A stretch of DNA of 63,990 nucleotides, the filler included, from Blastocystis sp. subtype 4 (lineage: Eukaryota): NCBI RefSeq assembly GCF_000743755.1. It is 3 parts of 3 records of this genome, joined end to end, with 100 filler letters (N's around TTAATTAATTAA, not from the genome) between each part and the next. Parts side by side here need not be neighbours in the genome. Positions count along the whole stretch, not along the records: positions 26,091 to 52,047 come from NW_014569397.1; 2 more parts are not named here. One strand, 5' to 3'. The notes beneath the pieces are model-generated. The model saw only the letters and a program-made list of their open reading frames with translations. It was not told the origin of the DNA and did no database searches. This document shows positions 27,313-39,967 of this stretch, one piece after another. Position 1 is the stretch's first letter, and the number at the start of each line of letters is the position of its first letter. Position numbers and translations under genes: made by a program.

Positions 27313-28796
27313 CTAGAATCCAGAATAGGGGAAGAGAGGATAAGAATACGGATTCTGATACCTAGGAATGATATTCCAATTTCAGCATCACTTTTCTTTC
27401 TTCTTTTGAACTTTGAGATGCTTTCCTTCAATTACATATCCATTCATTTCACGAATGGCCTTTTCTGCTTCATCAACTGTGCTAAAGCTAACAAAACCAA
27501 AGCCACGACTTTCTTTTGTTTCGTTATCAAGATAGACCTAGATGTGATTACTTGTTGTTGGAAGCACTTTTGTACTAAGGATGGTACCAAAAGGTGAAAA
27601 TATTGCACGGAGGCCTTCGTCATCCATGGATGACGGAATATGATACACAAATACATTTGCCCCAACTGGTCCTATGATCGAATTTAGTACAAATACATAC
27701 CTTCTTCATGAAAACCAGACACATCCGAAACAGTTTTTATTCCAGTCATTGTGGGAACAGCAGTTGAAGACGAAACAGGGAGAGGAAGAATCTGTTCCGG
27801 GACTATTACAGGATAGTACAAGCCGGGGGAAGAAGAGACACCGGGGAACGGCATAAGATTAGGGTAAGGAGGAGGTGAAACTGTCTGTTGATTGGAGTCA
27901 GCGACGTTTGCCGTTGGAAGAGTATAGAAGATGGGAGAATAATAGAAGGCCTGAGGAGAGTAGTTAAGAAGAGTTCCATCATCGCTAATTGGAGCTAGAA
28001 ATCAAAGTATGCATCGGTGAGTCACGGGTAGAAGAAGCAGTTTGGAGAACTGGAGCAGGTGTCTTTGGATGATCCGATGATGCTGAAGAGAGGAGCTCTC
28101 GTTGACTAACGGTTAGTCCAAGAGAATGAGAATACCAAGTCGATTGGGTACTTTGAAGAGTGTATTGGGAGGAATTGGAATCAAAGAATCGAGAAGGGCT
28201 GTTTTCTCGGGATTTCTCACCCTGAGAAGGATTCTTACTACTGTCAAAAGATTGCCTAGATAATGGTTTCACAAGTGGGGGCATAGAATTTGAATTCAAA
28301 ATTTCGTCACAAGTCTCACAGGAACAGTTCTCCTTCCGTGATCTCGCTTTTTGTCTCCGATTCTCAAGTATTGGAGAAGAGGAATACCTAGATTGTCGAT
28401 CCGAATGACCTCTTCTTCCTCTTCGATATGCATAGTCGATGTGAACAGGGGACCGCATCTACGCCAAATAACTACAGTATAGAAGAACTATACTCCGTTG
28501 AAGGTGAACTGCCCATTTAACGACTGAATTAGAGTCTTTGCGTCATCAACTGACTCCACATATGCGAATGCACAATCTACATAATTGACACACAGAAGGA
28601 GAAACACACTTCGATGGAGATTTGAATTTCGGTCGTAGAGAATCTCTACGCGGAGTATAGGAACATAGTCAGAAAGAAACGCGTTTAATGCGGTTTCGTC
28701 CATAGTAGATGGAATTTGACCCACAAAGAGTTTCACCAAACCTACGTTGCGTTTCCTGTTTCCATTAACCGTTATCATCGTTCTATCAACACTCAT
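27313..28796 (-). CDS. CELF/Bruno-like RNA-binding protein (two RRMs)
   Basis: RRM1 VKLFVGQIP..CAF and RRM3 EGPVGANVFVYHIP..PFGTILSTKVY..SRGFGFVSF..AIREMNGY.IEGKHLKVQ. The end is 27313 if a 30-nt terminal intron is spliced, otherwise the TGA at 27388. Confidence 0.82.
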
Positions 28797-29578
28797 TTCT
28801 ACAACAGATCAAATTGGCTAGATAAAACAATTCTTCAGCTTGAGTTCCGTCAAGCACGCCAACAAATATTTGGTACACCAATGAAACAATAATCCAAGAA
28901 ATCACCAAAAGGGCATCCTCATAAGTCAAATAAATCTTTCTTTTTGTCATAGTCACTTCATTATTGTAAGAGAAGAAAGATACGACATTCGAGAGAATCG
29001 CGGATATTTCTGTAATTGAGGGTCTTGATTATCATAAATGACTATGATCACTATACAAAGATCAACTTCTTTTTTAACTTGTGTTTATCTCCTTTAGTTC
29101 ATTTTAAATTAAGGTTCTATAGGTTCTCTATACGTGTTGACAAACAATCTCAATGAGATAATGGCCATGAGATGGTTTTGACGTTTCCAAAGGTAGCAAC
29201 AGGATATTTCGAGTACTGTATGTTCTCTGGATAGGTAAATAGTACAAGTATGCATGCATCATCATTTTGGGAAGGGGAGTATAGAAAGCAAAACAACGAC
29301 CTCGGAAGAAACATCCTGAGTAAGTGCCATTCCATTATTGGATGTTGATACAATATCTCGTGTAAATGGTACTATTCTCATTCCGATGAAGACTCTTGGT
29401 CATTAGAAAGTGGGTTATATTGAGATTGAAGTATGGAGGATCGATGCATAAGAACTGATTGACTTTGTCTTTCTACTGTTTTGTTGAAATAATCCTGCTC
29501 TTTCACTCTACCTAGACCAAATGACTATTTTAAGTATTTGTACCATCACATTTGTTTCTGTTTGTTATTATATTTAAT

Positions 29579-30365
29579 ATGAGTAACTCCCTGTTTTCTA
29601 CAAGGCGAAATTCTGGCGGAAACTATCGAAATGTGATCCGAGAGAGTGATGTTCGCGCCGATCCTGAGTACAAGCAGAAGAAGGACTTTTTTGATCAGCT
29701 TCTTATTCAAGGTAGGATATCTTCTTAACTGAACGATTACATTTGTAGTTCAGATGAATTGCGAAGAATTACAGCAGAATGCAAGTCGTGAGGCAAAAAC
29801 GATCAAGGATAGTCTCTTTGTTTTGATTTCACAGTTATCTTCTCGTGTCCAAAGAATGAAAGTAAGTATAAGGTGCAGATTGTTCCTTTAGGTATCTGAA
29901 TTCTGTCAAGAATTTGGTTTCAGAGTAATTGACGAGGATCTAGTAATGGTAGATGACGGAAATGCGTAGGTGTCAAGAAATCCTATTTAGTGTAGAACCG
30001 GGACAAGTACGCAATCTAACGTATTTAAAACGGTTCAAATGAATCGTGCAGTGAATTTTGATACAGCTCAGGGCCTTGTAGGTTTGTATGATACAAGTCA
30101 TTTGTAGAATTCAGATGAAGTTTTATCACAGTAGTTGAGTTATTCTGGCTTGAGTGTAGATTACAAGTGGTATCTTCTGGAGGTGGAGAACCGTTTTTGC
30201 GTTTACAGAAGAATAATATAACCTACGATTTAACGAAAGCGAAGGCAGTACTGCTATTGTTGTGGTATGATGAACTAGTTGGGAATGCGAGAATCCGATA
30301 AGACTCTTATTCGTGCCGAGATGACTGTGTTTTTAAAGATGTTAAACGAAGCAATGTCAAAGTGA
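29579..30365 (+). CDS. Hypothetical protein (many short introns)
   Basis: Open first exon MSNSLFSTRRNSGG..., a series of GT-AG ~30-nt introns, and last exon ending LNEAMSK-TGA. Confidence 0.45.
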
Positions 30366-30424
30366 TTGCGTTCTTGAGAGAATTGTGCATTGCTGTTAAC
30401 TAACAAACAATTCCAACATGCTAT

Positions 30425-30672
30425 TTACAAGGTTGATATTTTCTCCAATTCCTCTTGGGACAACCGAGCTATTGTTTAATTCAAAGTATCAAACATACAC
30501 ATCAATTGAGAGTACAGTTCGGTCTCTAGTTCTAATTCGGTTACAGAAAACGATTGCTTTTGAGTCACATAATCTACAGCGATCACATGTCTTCTCAACA
30601 CATACGATAAGCATATAGTTGTAAGTCCTGAAGAATCCCTCTTTCCGAAAGAAATGATCGGACTTTCTCCAT
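30425..30672 (-). CDS. Small 61-aa protein, ENY2/Sus1-like (2 introns)
   Basis: Two canonical introns give MEKVRSFLSERGILQDLQLYAYHYVTQKQSFSVTELELETELYSQLMSRLSQEELEKISTL*. TGTTTGTT at 30402-30409. Confidence 0.55.
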
Positions 30673-30786
30673 TTCGACTCCAAAAGAGTATTCAATCAAA
30701 AGAGGCTAGCGGATTTCCGAGTGCTAATACTCACTCATTCCCGTTTATGTCGTCTTGGTTAGAAGACCTATTTTGGATAAAACAAG

Positions 30787-32104
30787 ATGCGAATGAAAGG
30801 TCATTTTATCTTAGTTGCACTTCTTTTGTGCGTCTGCATCGCTTCACAACCTGAATTTATCACTTTATCTCCTTCAAAGAGTTCTTTTGATTTACGAAGT
30901 ATATGATTCGCTACCTAGTATGATTTGTTAGCATTTATCCGCAAATATGCATGGGAAGTTGTAGGAGTCTGTCTTCTAATTGTTTATGGGATGTACTTCT
31001 ATGTGGGCCGTAAGAAGAATATCCGTATTGTCAACAATTGGTATTGTCGTTTTTATCGTATTTATCTGCAGGCTTGCTTGTTATAAGGAACTGCTCGAAT
31101 CCCAATTTTCGTCTATTGGAATTAGCGGTAATTATGGGCTGTTCATGAGAGAGAGCTTTGATCAATACCGCTTATTCTGTTCAGGGAGGAAGAATTGTCG
31201 TGGAATGCTCTTTGACTTAAAAGTAAGGTGTATTAGATGGAGATGAAGATTCAGCTGAAGAAAAGACAGGATCTATTTTCTCTTCTTTTAGATTTCATTA
31301 CTCCTGTGGATGATATTATGGTAGTTGTTTCTATCATGATTCAACCTAGACTGTGGATATTCCTCTAAACCCAGAATCTATGCAACCTTTTGTGTTTGCT
31401 TTGTGCAGAAAGCGTGACTATAAGAGTGTGCATTCTGAGAATGTGGATTTGGTTAGAGTAAGATCTAATATTCACGAATAGAAGGATATGGGCCATCAGG
31501 TGGCTCTTCAATATACTCCAGAGTTGAACAAAGTGAGTGGAAATTGGATCGTGATTAGCGATACAAACGAGGTTCCCTCATCTCTGCTTACACCTTCGGT
31601 GATTAGTGTACTGAAGATTTCCAATAGTTTCCTTCGTTTGATTCATGTTAGTGACAACATGCCTGCTCCTACCGACAATCGAGCTCATCTGAGTAACTGC
31701 GGTATTCGTATCAAAGCAAAGCTCCCAGCCTATGGTAGGAATAGGGAGGAAGATTGAGTTTAGATCGAATGGATAGTATGGCTGAAGTGATGCATATGCT
31801 TTTTGATATTGTGGATGCAGTGGCTCAAGTAAAACTGTCGCCCAAGGCTGCAGCTGCTACTGCGAAGGCACGTTCGGTGATGCGTGAGAATCAGCTTCGT
31901 CAGGAACATGAACAGCGTCAAGAGGTTGTATATTGGAAATGAAGTCATGTATAGCGTATGCAAGCCCTGAAAGAGCAGAAACTCAAGGAAGAGAGAATGC
32001 GGGCGGAGAATAATCCAGAACTACAGAAGAAACTAGAGGAAAAACTGGAGAAAGAAGAGAAGAAGAAGAAGATGAAGAGACGAATGCATTTGGTTAGAGC
32101 TTAG
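30787..32104 (+). CDS. CCDC47: PAT complex subunit CCDC47 (DUF1682)
   Basis: Signal peptide, TM followed by YFYVGRKKN, CSGRKNC, LKKRQDL, and basic C-terminal coiled coil. Confidence 0.85.
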
Positions 32105-32205
32105 TGGGTACGTACTGTTGATTTGTTTGTTTATTTGTCTCGATGTAACAGAGTTTGGCCTGTTGTCAGTATTCAAATCATAACTAGACGAACGGGTCGG
32201 AATCC

Positions 32206-35200
32206 ATGGATGTTGAGTCAGATTCTTCTCAGGAGGATGTGTTTCCGGTCATTTGTTTGAGTGAGCGGTAATAGCTAGATTGATTATATGATCGGTGAGG
32301 AAGCTTCTAAGAGTGCAACAGAGGCTCAGGATGCAAGTCTCTTCGGTCCTTCTGTTAATGATTTTATCAAATCGCGAAAGAGTGGAAGAAGGAAGAAAAC
32401 CGGTTCGAAATCACGAAGTATGCGGTTCTAGATCCTATTTATGTAGTTAATAAACTGCCAGATGCTCTCACTGGTATGTATGCGGAAGCGCAAAAATGCT
32501 ATATATTGATGGATTTTAATCGAGTTTTATTCAATTTTGGTCATGACAGATAGGCAAAATTATTATTGAGTGAGTTGACTAAGAATGTTCCCGAATATGC
32601 AGGGATCTATGTAATCTTTTGTGTTCAGTATGACAGTTAGAATCTTTTGGGATTAATCTATGAGAATGAGAACAACATCGCCAATGCTTGCGATTGTTAC
32701 TTTATTGCGGCTGAAATCACAAAGAAAGATTCAGATTTGTGGTTCCAAGTATATGAATTGAGTAATAAGCTCAATCTCCACAAACGCCAATTATATTGCC
32801 TTTCTCGATTGATCCATCTTCTCCCAGAAGAGGTTTCGTTCTATGAAAAACGTTATAAACTCTGGTTGGAAGATAATCAGTTGATCAAAGCCACTAATGA
32901 TTTACTAAATCTGTGCAAACTATCTCATGATCTAACTACCTATGTTCCAAAGCTCTACGAACTCTGCATTAAAACACATAGAGAACAAGATATTATCAAA
33001 CATCTTGAGAATGAGTATTCATCGCTAATTGGCCGTTTGAGTGAAATTGGTTGAAATCCATGATTCTAAGGTATTTTAAATGATCGAATTACTGGTGTGT
33101 ATTCAAATGAGAGCAATGAAGAGATGCGTGAATTACAATCGATTCCTGTTGAAACTGCAACTCAGCAATTACTGCTTCTACTTCATTCATTGTATCTGTT
33201 GAGTGATTTGTACTGGTTTTTATTGATCCTAATATTTAGATATATGCGACAGAAGGAGTATACAAAGGCGATTAATGTGGTTGATCAGGCTCATGCCCAT
33301 TGCTCCATTCAGCTTCCGATGGAGATGGCTGTGGTATATTCTGTGAGTCTTCTTCATACTGGCCGGGGAACTGATGTGATGATTGAGAATGAGTGTGAGA
33401 TATAGGCTATGGAGGTAGTAAACTCGTTACAGATGAAAGACCATTTTAGCAAGGATGTAGCTGATCTGGCCCTTACATTGGCTCAAGCATTAACCGAATG
33501 TCATATCGTCTCTGATGCTGAGATATACTTAGAACTCTTACTGACAATTCCAGATTTCCATACATCGCAGGTATACGAACTGCTATATGAGTGTGCTGCG
33601 ATGAGACAAGATTCGGATTTGTGTGTGAAGTATTTGGTGAAAGCATTAGAAACGATGCCTGAGAACATGAATGATAAGAAACAAGAATTAGCGATACGAC
33701 TATCTCATTTGTATGACGAACGAGGGGAATTATTGAATTCTGTTGAGGTCGCTAATAAGTACCTAACAAAATCACGTCATTTGGTAGAAATATGAATTCT
33801 ATTTCACTTTAGACACGAGGAAAAGCACAAATTCTGAATAGGGAAGAGTATCGTGAATCATCTTCACGACTGTTTGAACGTTTGCATCAGTTGCCACAAA
33901 TCGGAGTTTCCGTTCCACAGCAAAGTGATCTTGAGCATTATGTGTCTATTACAGATCCTTTGATTCGATGTGCCTGTTCGTTAGGTATTTCATATCAATC
34001 TCGTTGAAACTAGATATTCCATCTGAGTACTATCCACAAGTTCAACCTGATGCAGAAATCGTTCAGATTGTACACGGTCTCGATATTCCCGTGGTTTTGG
34101 GTCAAGCTACATTCCTTCAAATTGTATGGAATCTCACCCGAGTTCAAGTTCATGATTCTTGTGATCCATAGGCCCATTGCTTGTTACATGGATTTAAGTA
34201 CGCTCATGAGTATCTTCAAGCCATCCGATCTAGTTTTCGCGTTTGATCGATCTTTGTATCTAATGGTTAGTTTGCAGATACTTCATTCCAAAACACGTTA
34301 TTACTCATGTGTGCAATCACTTCGACTTCGAATTGTCAACAAGCAGCCGATTCCCTACGCTCCCTTGTTATTTCACTGCTTGCTTCAGAAACTCCTCAGA
34401 AATTCGTATACTTTACATATCGAGATGCATCACCTCCTCCTGACAAGGAATATGTAACAAAGGAACTATCTTTACCTCATTTGATCGGAATGCTATCTTT
34501 GCTTCTTCCTAAAGTGAACTACTCATTCTCTACGAATCTATTTAAACAGTTACAACGATTGACAATTACTCAATTCCCCGCGGTTTTATTCATGGGACTC
34601 ATTGCTTTGTATCGAAATCCTACATCATGTCGAGGGTTTCTCTGTTCTCTAGACAGTCCGTATTCGCATGATCCTCTTGTTCTGTTGTGCTTAGGACTTT
34701 GTGATCTAACAGCAGGAATCAGTCGAATGAACTAGTACTGTTGGATAGAGGGAATGATAAACAGTGAAAAACGAGAGACACTAATAAGAGGATTTGCGCG
34801 AATTCAAGAATACGCATTAGAACGAGAGCGGATTGTAGAACAATACTTTTCATCAATTCACAATTACTCAAATGTCGATCTTACATTCAAAGATGTGTAT
34901 ACAAGTTCTGTATCTCTCCCTAAGGAGTTATTCCACATTGAGATTCTATACAATGTTGGAAGAGCTTTTCATCAAGTAAGAGTAATATGAGAGTATTATT
35001 AATAGATTGGACTGTTCAACCTGGCTGTGAAGTATTATCAATCTGTTTTGAGAATCGCTGATACTTTTAAAACAACTCAGCCTCGGCTACGGAGGATATG
35101 GAATATGTATTCATTGGAAAGAGCTGCTGCTTACAATCTATGTCTTATTCTAAAAGCTTCAGGAGCACGGGCGATGGCAATCTCAATTCGAAGGAAATAT

Positions 35201-35215
35201 CTGTATTTTGGATAA
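32206..35215 (+). CDS. GTF3C3: TFIIIC TPR subunit TFC4/GTF3C3 (multi-exon)
   Basis: N-terminal TPRs; C-terminal EILYNVGRAFHQ.GLFNLAVKYY and AAYNLCLILKASG..A..I.RKYL. Confidence 0.85.
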
Positions 35216-35282
35216 ATCATATTGTGTTTGATACTGTTTCTTTCTCATCACTTTTCATAAACCTCGTTGAACTACTTTGAAC

Positions 35283-36139
35283 ATGGGTTTAGCATTGCTA
35301 TTGGGATCACTTTTGATTGCTGTGGGACCGTCAGCGATCTTCTTTGTCATCACAGTGTCGCGACGTCCTTATCTCCTTGTTGTGAGTCTTCTAGGGTAGA
35401 AAATCCACTAATAATGTCTTTATCCGTAGTTTACTCCAAGGAATTGTTGCTTTTCTTGTAGGAGGAATTGTGTACTCGATCTGGAATATCTGGACAGTAA
35501 TAGATTATATTTGGTGGTTAGAGATAGACTCCTATGCCTCTAGTGATTCTGATTCTTGACATACTTCTTGTGGAGATCCTTCGTCCATTTGTGTACAAAT
35601 TGATTGTTTTGGCGTGTAACAGATTAAATGAAGTGGAGATACCACTTTCCATAACTGTTCCTTCGGAATTGTACAAATTGTCACTTTGTGTAGGAATGGG
35701 AATTGGATTCATCAATGTTCTAACCATGTACGTTTCGTCTTTTCAATGGAATGTAGTGCTCTTGTTCCTCTCACTTCTGCTGGAGCTAATGCAGACTACT
35801 ACATCCCCACATGTCAGTCCATTCCAATTTATATTCTCATTGCCATCGAAGCCTTCTGTATTATGCCGATGCATGTGGTGTGGACATATTTGACCATGCG
35901 GGATTACTCCAAGCATTCAATCATTACTCCTATTCTCATATGTATTTGGCATATTATTGAAGGAGTGGTGGTAGGTGTTTGCCTTCTCTCTTGATCTAGT
36001 CTCAACTGAATACAATCAACAACGGGTGTATCTTTGTACTCGCGTTCTTCCTAATCTCTGCTATCGTGTGTATCCTAATGATGATTCGCTTTGTCACCAC
36101 ATCTTGTAAGCTAGTTCGTCCCTTAAAGAAAGCAGCATA
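35283..36139 (+). CDS. APH1: Gamma-secretase subunit APH-1 (stop codon apparently completed by poly(A))
   Basis: MGLALLLGSLLIAVGPSAIFFVITVSRRP, VGMGIG, conserved His residues in MHVVWT and WHII. The last exon has no stop codon before TGTTTGTT (36144-36151). Confidence 0.82.
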
Positions 36140-36143
36140 TCTC

Positions 36144-36151
36144 TGTTTGTT
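36144..36151 (+). terminator. TGTTTGTT downstream polyadenylation element (APH1)
   Basis: Exact motif 4 nt after an in-frame TA. Confidence 0.8.
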
Positions 36152-36189
36152 TTTAGCAGCAATCGACTCGATGTCCCAACAAACAACTT

Positions 36190-37359
36190 CTACTTGGAGA
36201 TCAATTGTTTCATATATTCTACTCCAACTTCATTAAGAAACGAATCAAAACACTCATACAAAGACTCATAATACATACTAACAAGCTGCTGGAAACCGGA
36301 CAGCTCTTCTTCTCCAGGGAAATAAAAAGAACTCAACGCTTGAATCGTCAGTCCAGCCTCTACTCCCAATTTCAACCACATTGTTGAGATACTCAACGTC
36401 CAAATCGCCTCTTCCTCTATTTCTGGAATGTTATTCTTCAATAAGGCGATATCCTTATCAACATCCAGATTCCGAATGTATTCCTTCACACTCTCTTCAA
36501 TGCCTACCTGGCTCTGATACCAATATCTCCAACACCACTCGGGTACAGCTTTCGTCGTACACACAGGGAGAGAGTAGCCGTGATCAATAGGAACCAGTAA
36601 GATGTCGTCATGATTAGGAGCCGTACAGATACTCATTGAGCGACGACAGGTAGAAGCTCGCGATTTAGAAGCATCCAACACATCATCACAGCGAGACATC
36701 GCTCGAAGACGTTGACGTGTCACTAGAAGGTTATTTGCGTGACGGTCCAGGTTCAGAAGACGCATATCCAGAATAGCAATACTCTGAACATTCGTTACTG
36801 AAAACAGAACCGGCCCGTAATCCTCACTGCTGCACTCGTTAGGCACAAACAGCTGGAGAGAACCCTCCTTAACCTTTTCAGAATAGAGACCATTTTTCTG
36901 GCTCTCCAAATATGCAGACGAAAGAGATACTAACAATGTCTCTGGGACACCAGCAAAATGACCATGATCCAGATAGAATGCGGCAGCTTCTCGCAATCCC
37001 GCGGTTCCAGGAGCAATGCCGCGATCAACCTCTACCGAGAACTTGGATGGAGACAAACCCTTAGGATTGTTGAAACAATATGGTTCTTCATCGAAAGGCT
37101 TGAATACAGCCTCCACACTAGCAAATGGGCTGTAGCAAAAGTAGGTCCCCCCAGTACAGTCTCTCAATAACGTAGGAGTAATGTCATTATCGAGAGCGTT
37201 CTGAACTAGCGAAATCGCTCCCGCCAACTTTGGTACTGATACCGGTGGTTCCCGAAGGATGTGTAGTTCCATTCGCTGCGCAAGAATAGGGTCTAGGCAA
37301 GATCCATCATAGGATAGAGAGGAAATGGAATCAGGAGAACATTCACTATGGACTTGCAT
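36190..37359 (-). CDS. Type II phosphatidylinositol 4-kinase (gamma-like); start uncertain
   Basis: GGTYF, AVFKPFDEEP, REAAAFYLDH..FAGVPET, GSLQLFV, NLDRHANN and IDHGYSLP. Confidence 0.85.
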   Translation of the reverse strand: MQVHSECSPDSISSLSYDGSCLDPILAQRMELHILREPPVSVPKLAGAISLVQNALDNDITPTLLRDCTGGTYFCYSPFASVEAVFKPFDEEPYCFNNPKGLSPSKFSVEVDRGIAPGTAGLREAAAFYLDHGHFAGVPETLLVSLSSAYLESQKNGLYSEKVKEGSLQLFVPNECSSEDYGPVLFSVTNVQSIAILDMRLLNLDRHANNLLVTRQRLRAMSRCDDVLDASKSRASTCRRSMSICTAPNHDDILLVPIDHGYSLPVCTTKAVPEWCWRYWYQSQVGIEESVKEYIRNLDVDKDIALLKNNIPEIEEEAIWTLSISTMWLKLGVEAGLTIQALSSFYFPGEEELSGFQQLVSMYYESLYECFDSFLNEVGVEYMKQLISK

Positions 37360-37683
37360 TTCGAGAAGGTATGCTGAAGAACAGATACGATTTCCAAGAA
37401 AAAGCAGGCTTAAACACACAATAGCTTAGATGTCCGATCTCTCTTGATATATAATACTATAGACGGTAAGCTGTTGTTTCAAGATGATAATCAGATACTT
37501 GTAGAAAAGGATTATGATCTTATCAAAACAAGTATCGATGTAACGCCTTCCATCGAAGGTCTGATTCTGGAATCTATTATCATCTATTCGATTTTATATC
37601 CCGATTCATTTTTATCTATGGCTTCTTGAAGTTATTAACAGCGGTTAACACACTATTCAACCCGTGATTCTCAACAAACACAA

Positions 37684-39920
37684 CTAAGACTGACTCATTA
37701 AAACATAAGTATCCATTCCATTCGATTCATGAGTTGATTTATTCATATAACGATTGTATTCTCTACATTGACAAAACACTGTCTAGATCTACTTCACAAT
37801 TCGACTTCCAAACTGGATTGCTCGTTTACTCATTGTGGATGCAAACTGAAGTCCCAACCGCTTGGCAATTAATCGAAGAATCAATTTATCACCAACTCCA
37901 CGGGGAAGTGTAAAGTCAACAATCTAGGTACAAAAGAAGATACACTCCATACTGTGCGAATATCAAGAGAGTGGAGGTATCTACTGACATTCTCATCCAA
38001 ATACGGAGAACGCATTTCACGTCCATGATCCGAAATACAACGGTCGTCACGTCCCTATAGTTAACTCCATGATATTCGGATGTACTAGATTACGAAACCA
38101 TAATCGACTCCAATCACTCATCATCTCGTCTTTTGCCATTGTATATCCTCCTTTATCGAAGCATGCATAGTATCGAGTATATCCGCCACACATTTCATCA
38201 GCACCAATCCCTGATAGCAATACTCGTGACTGAAGGTGATAGGAATGGAAAAGGAGTTTTAGTGCATTTACTGGATGTGTATGAGGTTCGCTAGGAATTC
38301 TATGAACAGGACAAATGATGGGCTGCTAAAGATTACTCGAATCCTTTTCTCCGACGTGTTTCTTGGTGGAATTTCCATTCAATTTCGCCTTTGACTTTTC
38401 CTGAGCATGCAAACAACACTCTTCACAAAGATGAAATGTACAGTCTGGAGAACACATCTTCGTACACTTCTTTGTTTTACATTTATGTTCAATTGGAACA
38501 ACTTCGGATGTAGAATCCAGACAGCGAACAATCTCTTCTCGTATACTCTTTTTGTTACAAAACTCTATGAAATAGGTACAGAACTATTGCTGGAATCAAC
38601 ATGGAGGGAACGACCGTTTCCTTTTGAAATGAGCCAGTAACAACAACCGATCTGGAAATCCATCTGCGTCACTTCCGGCTACCATATCAATTAAAATAGC
38701 ACTCCTTACATGGACACGTCGAAGGACATCCAGTTCTGACTCAATCACATCTTGCGTTCGCACATTGATTTCTATGAATTCAAAAATCTGTTCCGGAAAT
38801 AGTCGAATCAAATCAGCAAAGGACATTACTACCATTCAACCCTACAATATCTCCCACATGCGGTATATCGATCTGGGATCTTCTCCTTCAGTTCGGAATA
38901 CTTTGTTGCTTCCAATTCTTCAATGGTATCTCCAAAGGCAATCGACACCAGCTCCACAGTCCAATGGAGTTCATACCTCTTAATCAAACTGCATACGATA
39001 CAAGCAAGAATGGTACAGTCAATTCCACCTGAAAACATGATACATATCCATGATTGTTCGTGATGACTGTCGATTGTGGACATGCGTCGCCATACACTCT
39101 CTTCCAGGGTTTGGAGAAGTGTAAAGGCTGCTTGTTCACGTTCTAGTGATAAGTTCTCTGTATTAACGAAATCAGTTCTCTGTAACGAAGATGATGGAAA
39201 CGGAATCAAATCCACCAAAATACCATCTTTAATTCTCGAAAGATTCGGAATACAATAGATTCCAGCAGGAGGAAGCTCGTGGAGAGAAGTGAGACTTGGA
39301 CAATACGGATTCTCAAAGATAGAATGATAAGCATTCGCAGAAAAATGGATCCAGTCGTTATCAGTTAGTTCAATTGGATGAATATCAATACAATCCACCG
39401 TACTGGCGATCATCATCACTTGTTTGTTATCACTCATGTACATGACAAGACTTCTTCTTCCGAGTCTATCATGACCAAAATACAACGAATCATCCTTCTT
39501 CTAAACATCACATATTATAACGACACAAACGCAGTAATAAATGAATGCCCAAGGACCCTGAATAACACTCAACACACTCAAAACATCACAATTTGATTGC
39601 AAGGCCTGAAAAACAACCTCTGTATCATTGGACCTTGGAGGAACCTACCTATGAAGCTCTCAAATAAACTCGACATCAAGACCTCCAAAAACTTCGCCAT
39701 TCCACAGAAAAACATCTCCGTTTGCGCTTACAAGGGGTTGTTTATGTATTTCTTCTCCACGCATATGTAGAACAGAACTAACTGTCTTACAAAAACCGTT
39801 ATTGAATTCATATTCTTCATAGGAGTCAGGTCCACGATTCTTTATACAAGTCCGAATTTGATCCATTTCATGCGGATCTTCAGCATTGCTGGACATCAAA
39901 GCAATGCCAATTCCACACAT
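37684..39920 (-). CDS. ASNSD1: Asparagine synthetase domain-containing protein 1 (multi-exon)
   Basis: MCGI N-terminus, RGPD, VLHMRG, LWNGEVF, FSGGIDC, GIGADECCGGY, NLGRDDR and KRAIQFGSR. Confidence 0.88.
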
Positions 39921-39967
39921 GGTGTCCAATCAACAAACACAGTGGAAAAGATATGATATATGATAAC

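Noticed and set aside
27985..28025. Possible GC-AG intron in the CELF gene
   Set aside because: A canonical 31-nt GT-AG intron slightly upstream restores the frame.
28800..29575. Unusually long intergenic stretch that might hide an ncRNA or gene
   Set aside because: No snRNA/snoRNA signature or convincing spliced ORF was recognised; it fits a divergent promoter region.
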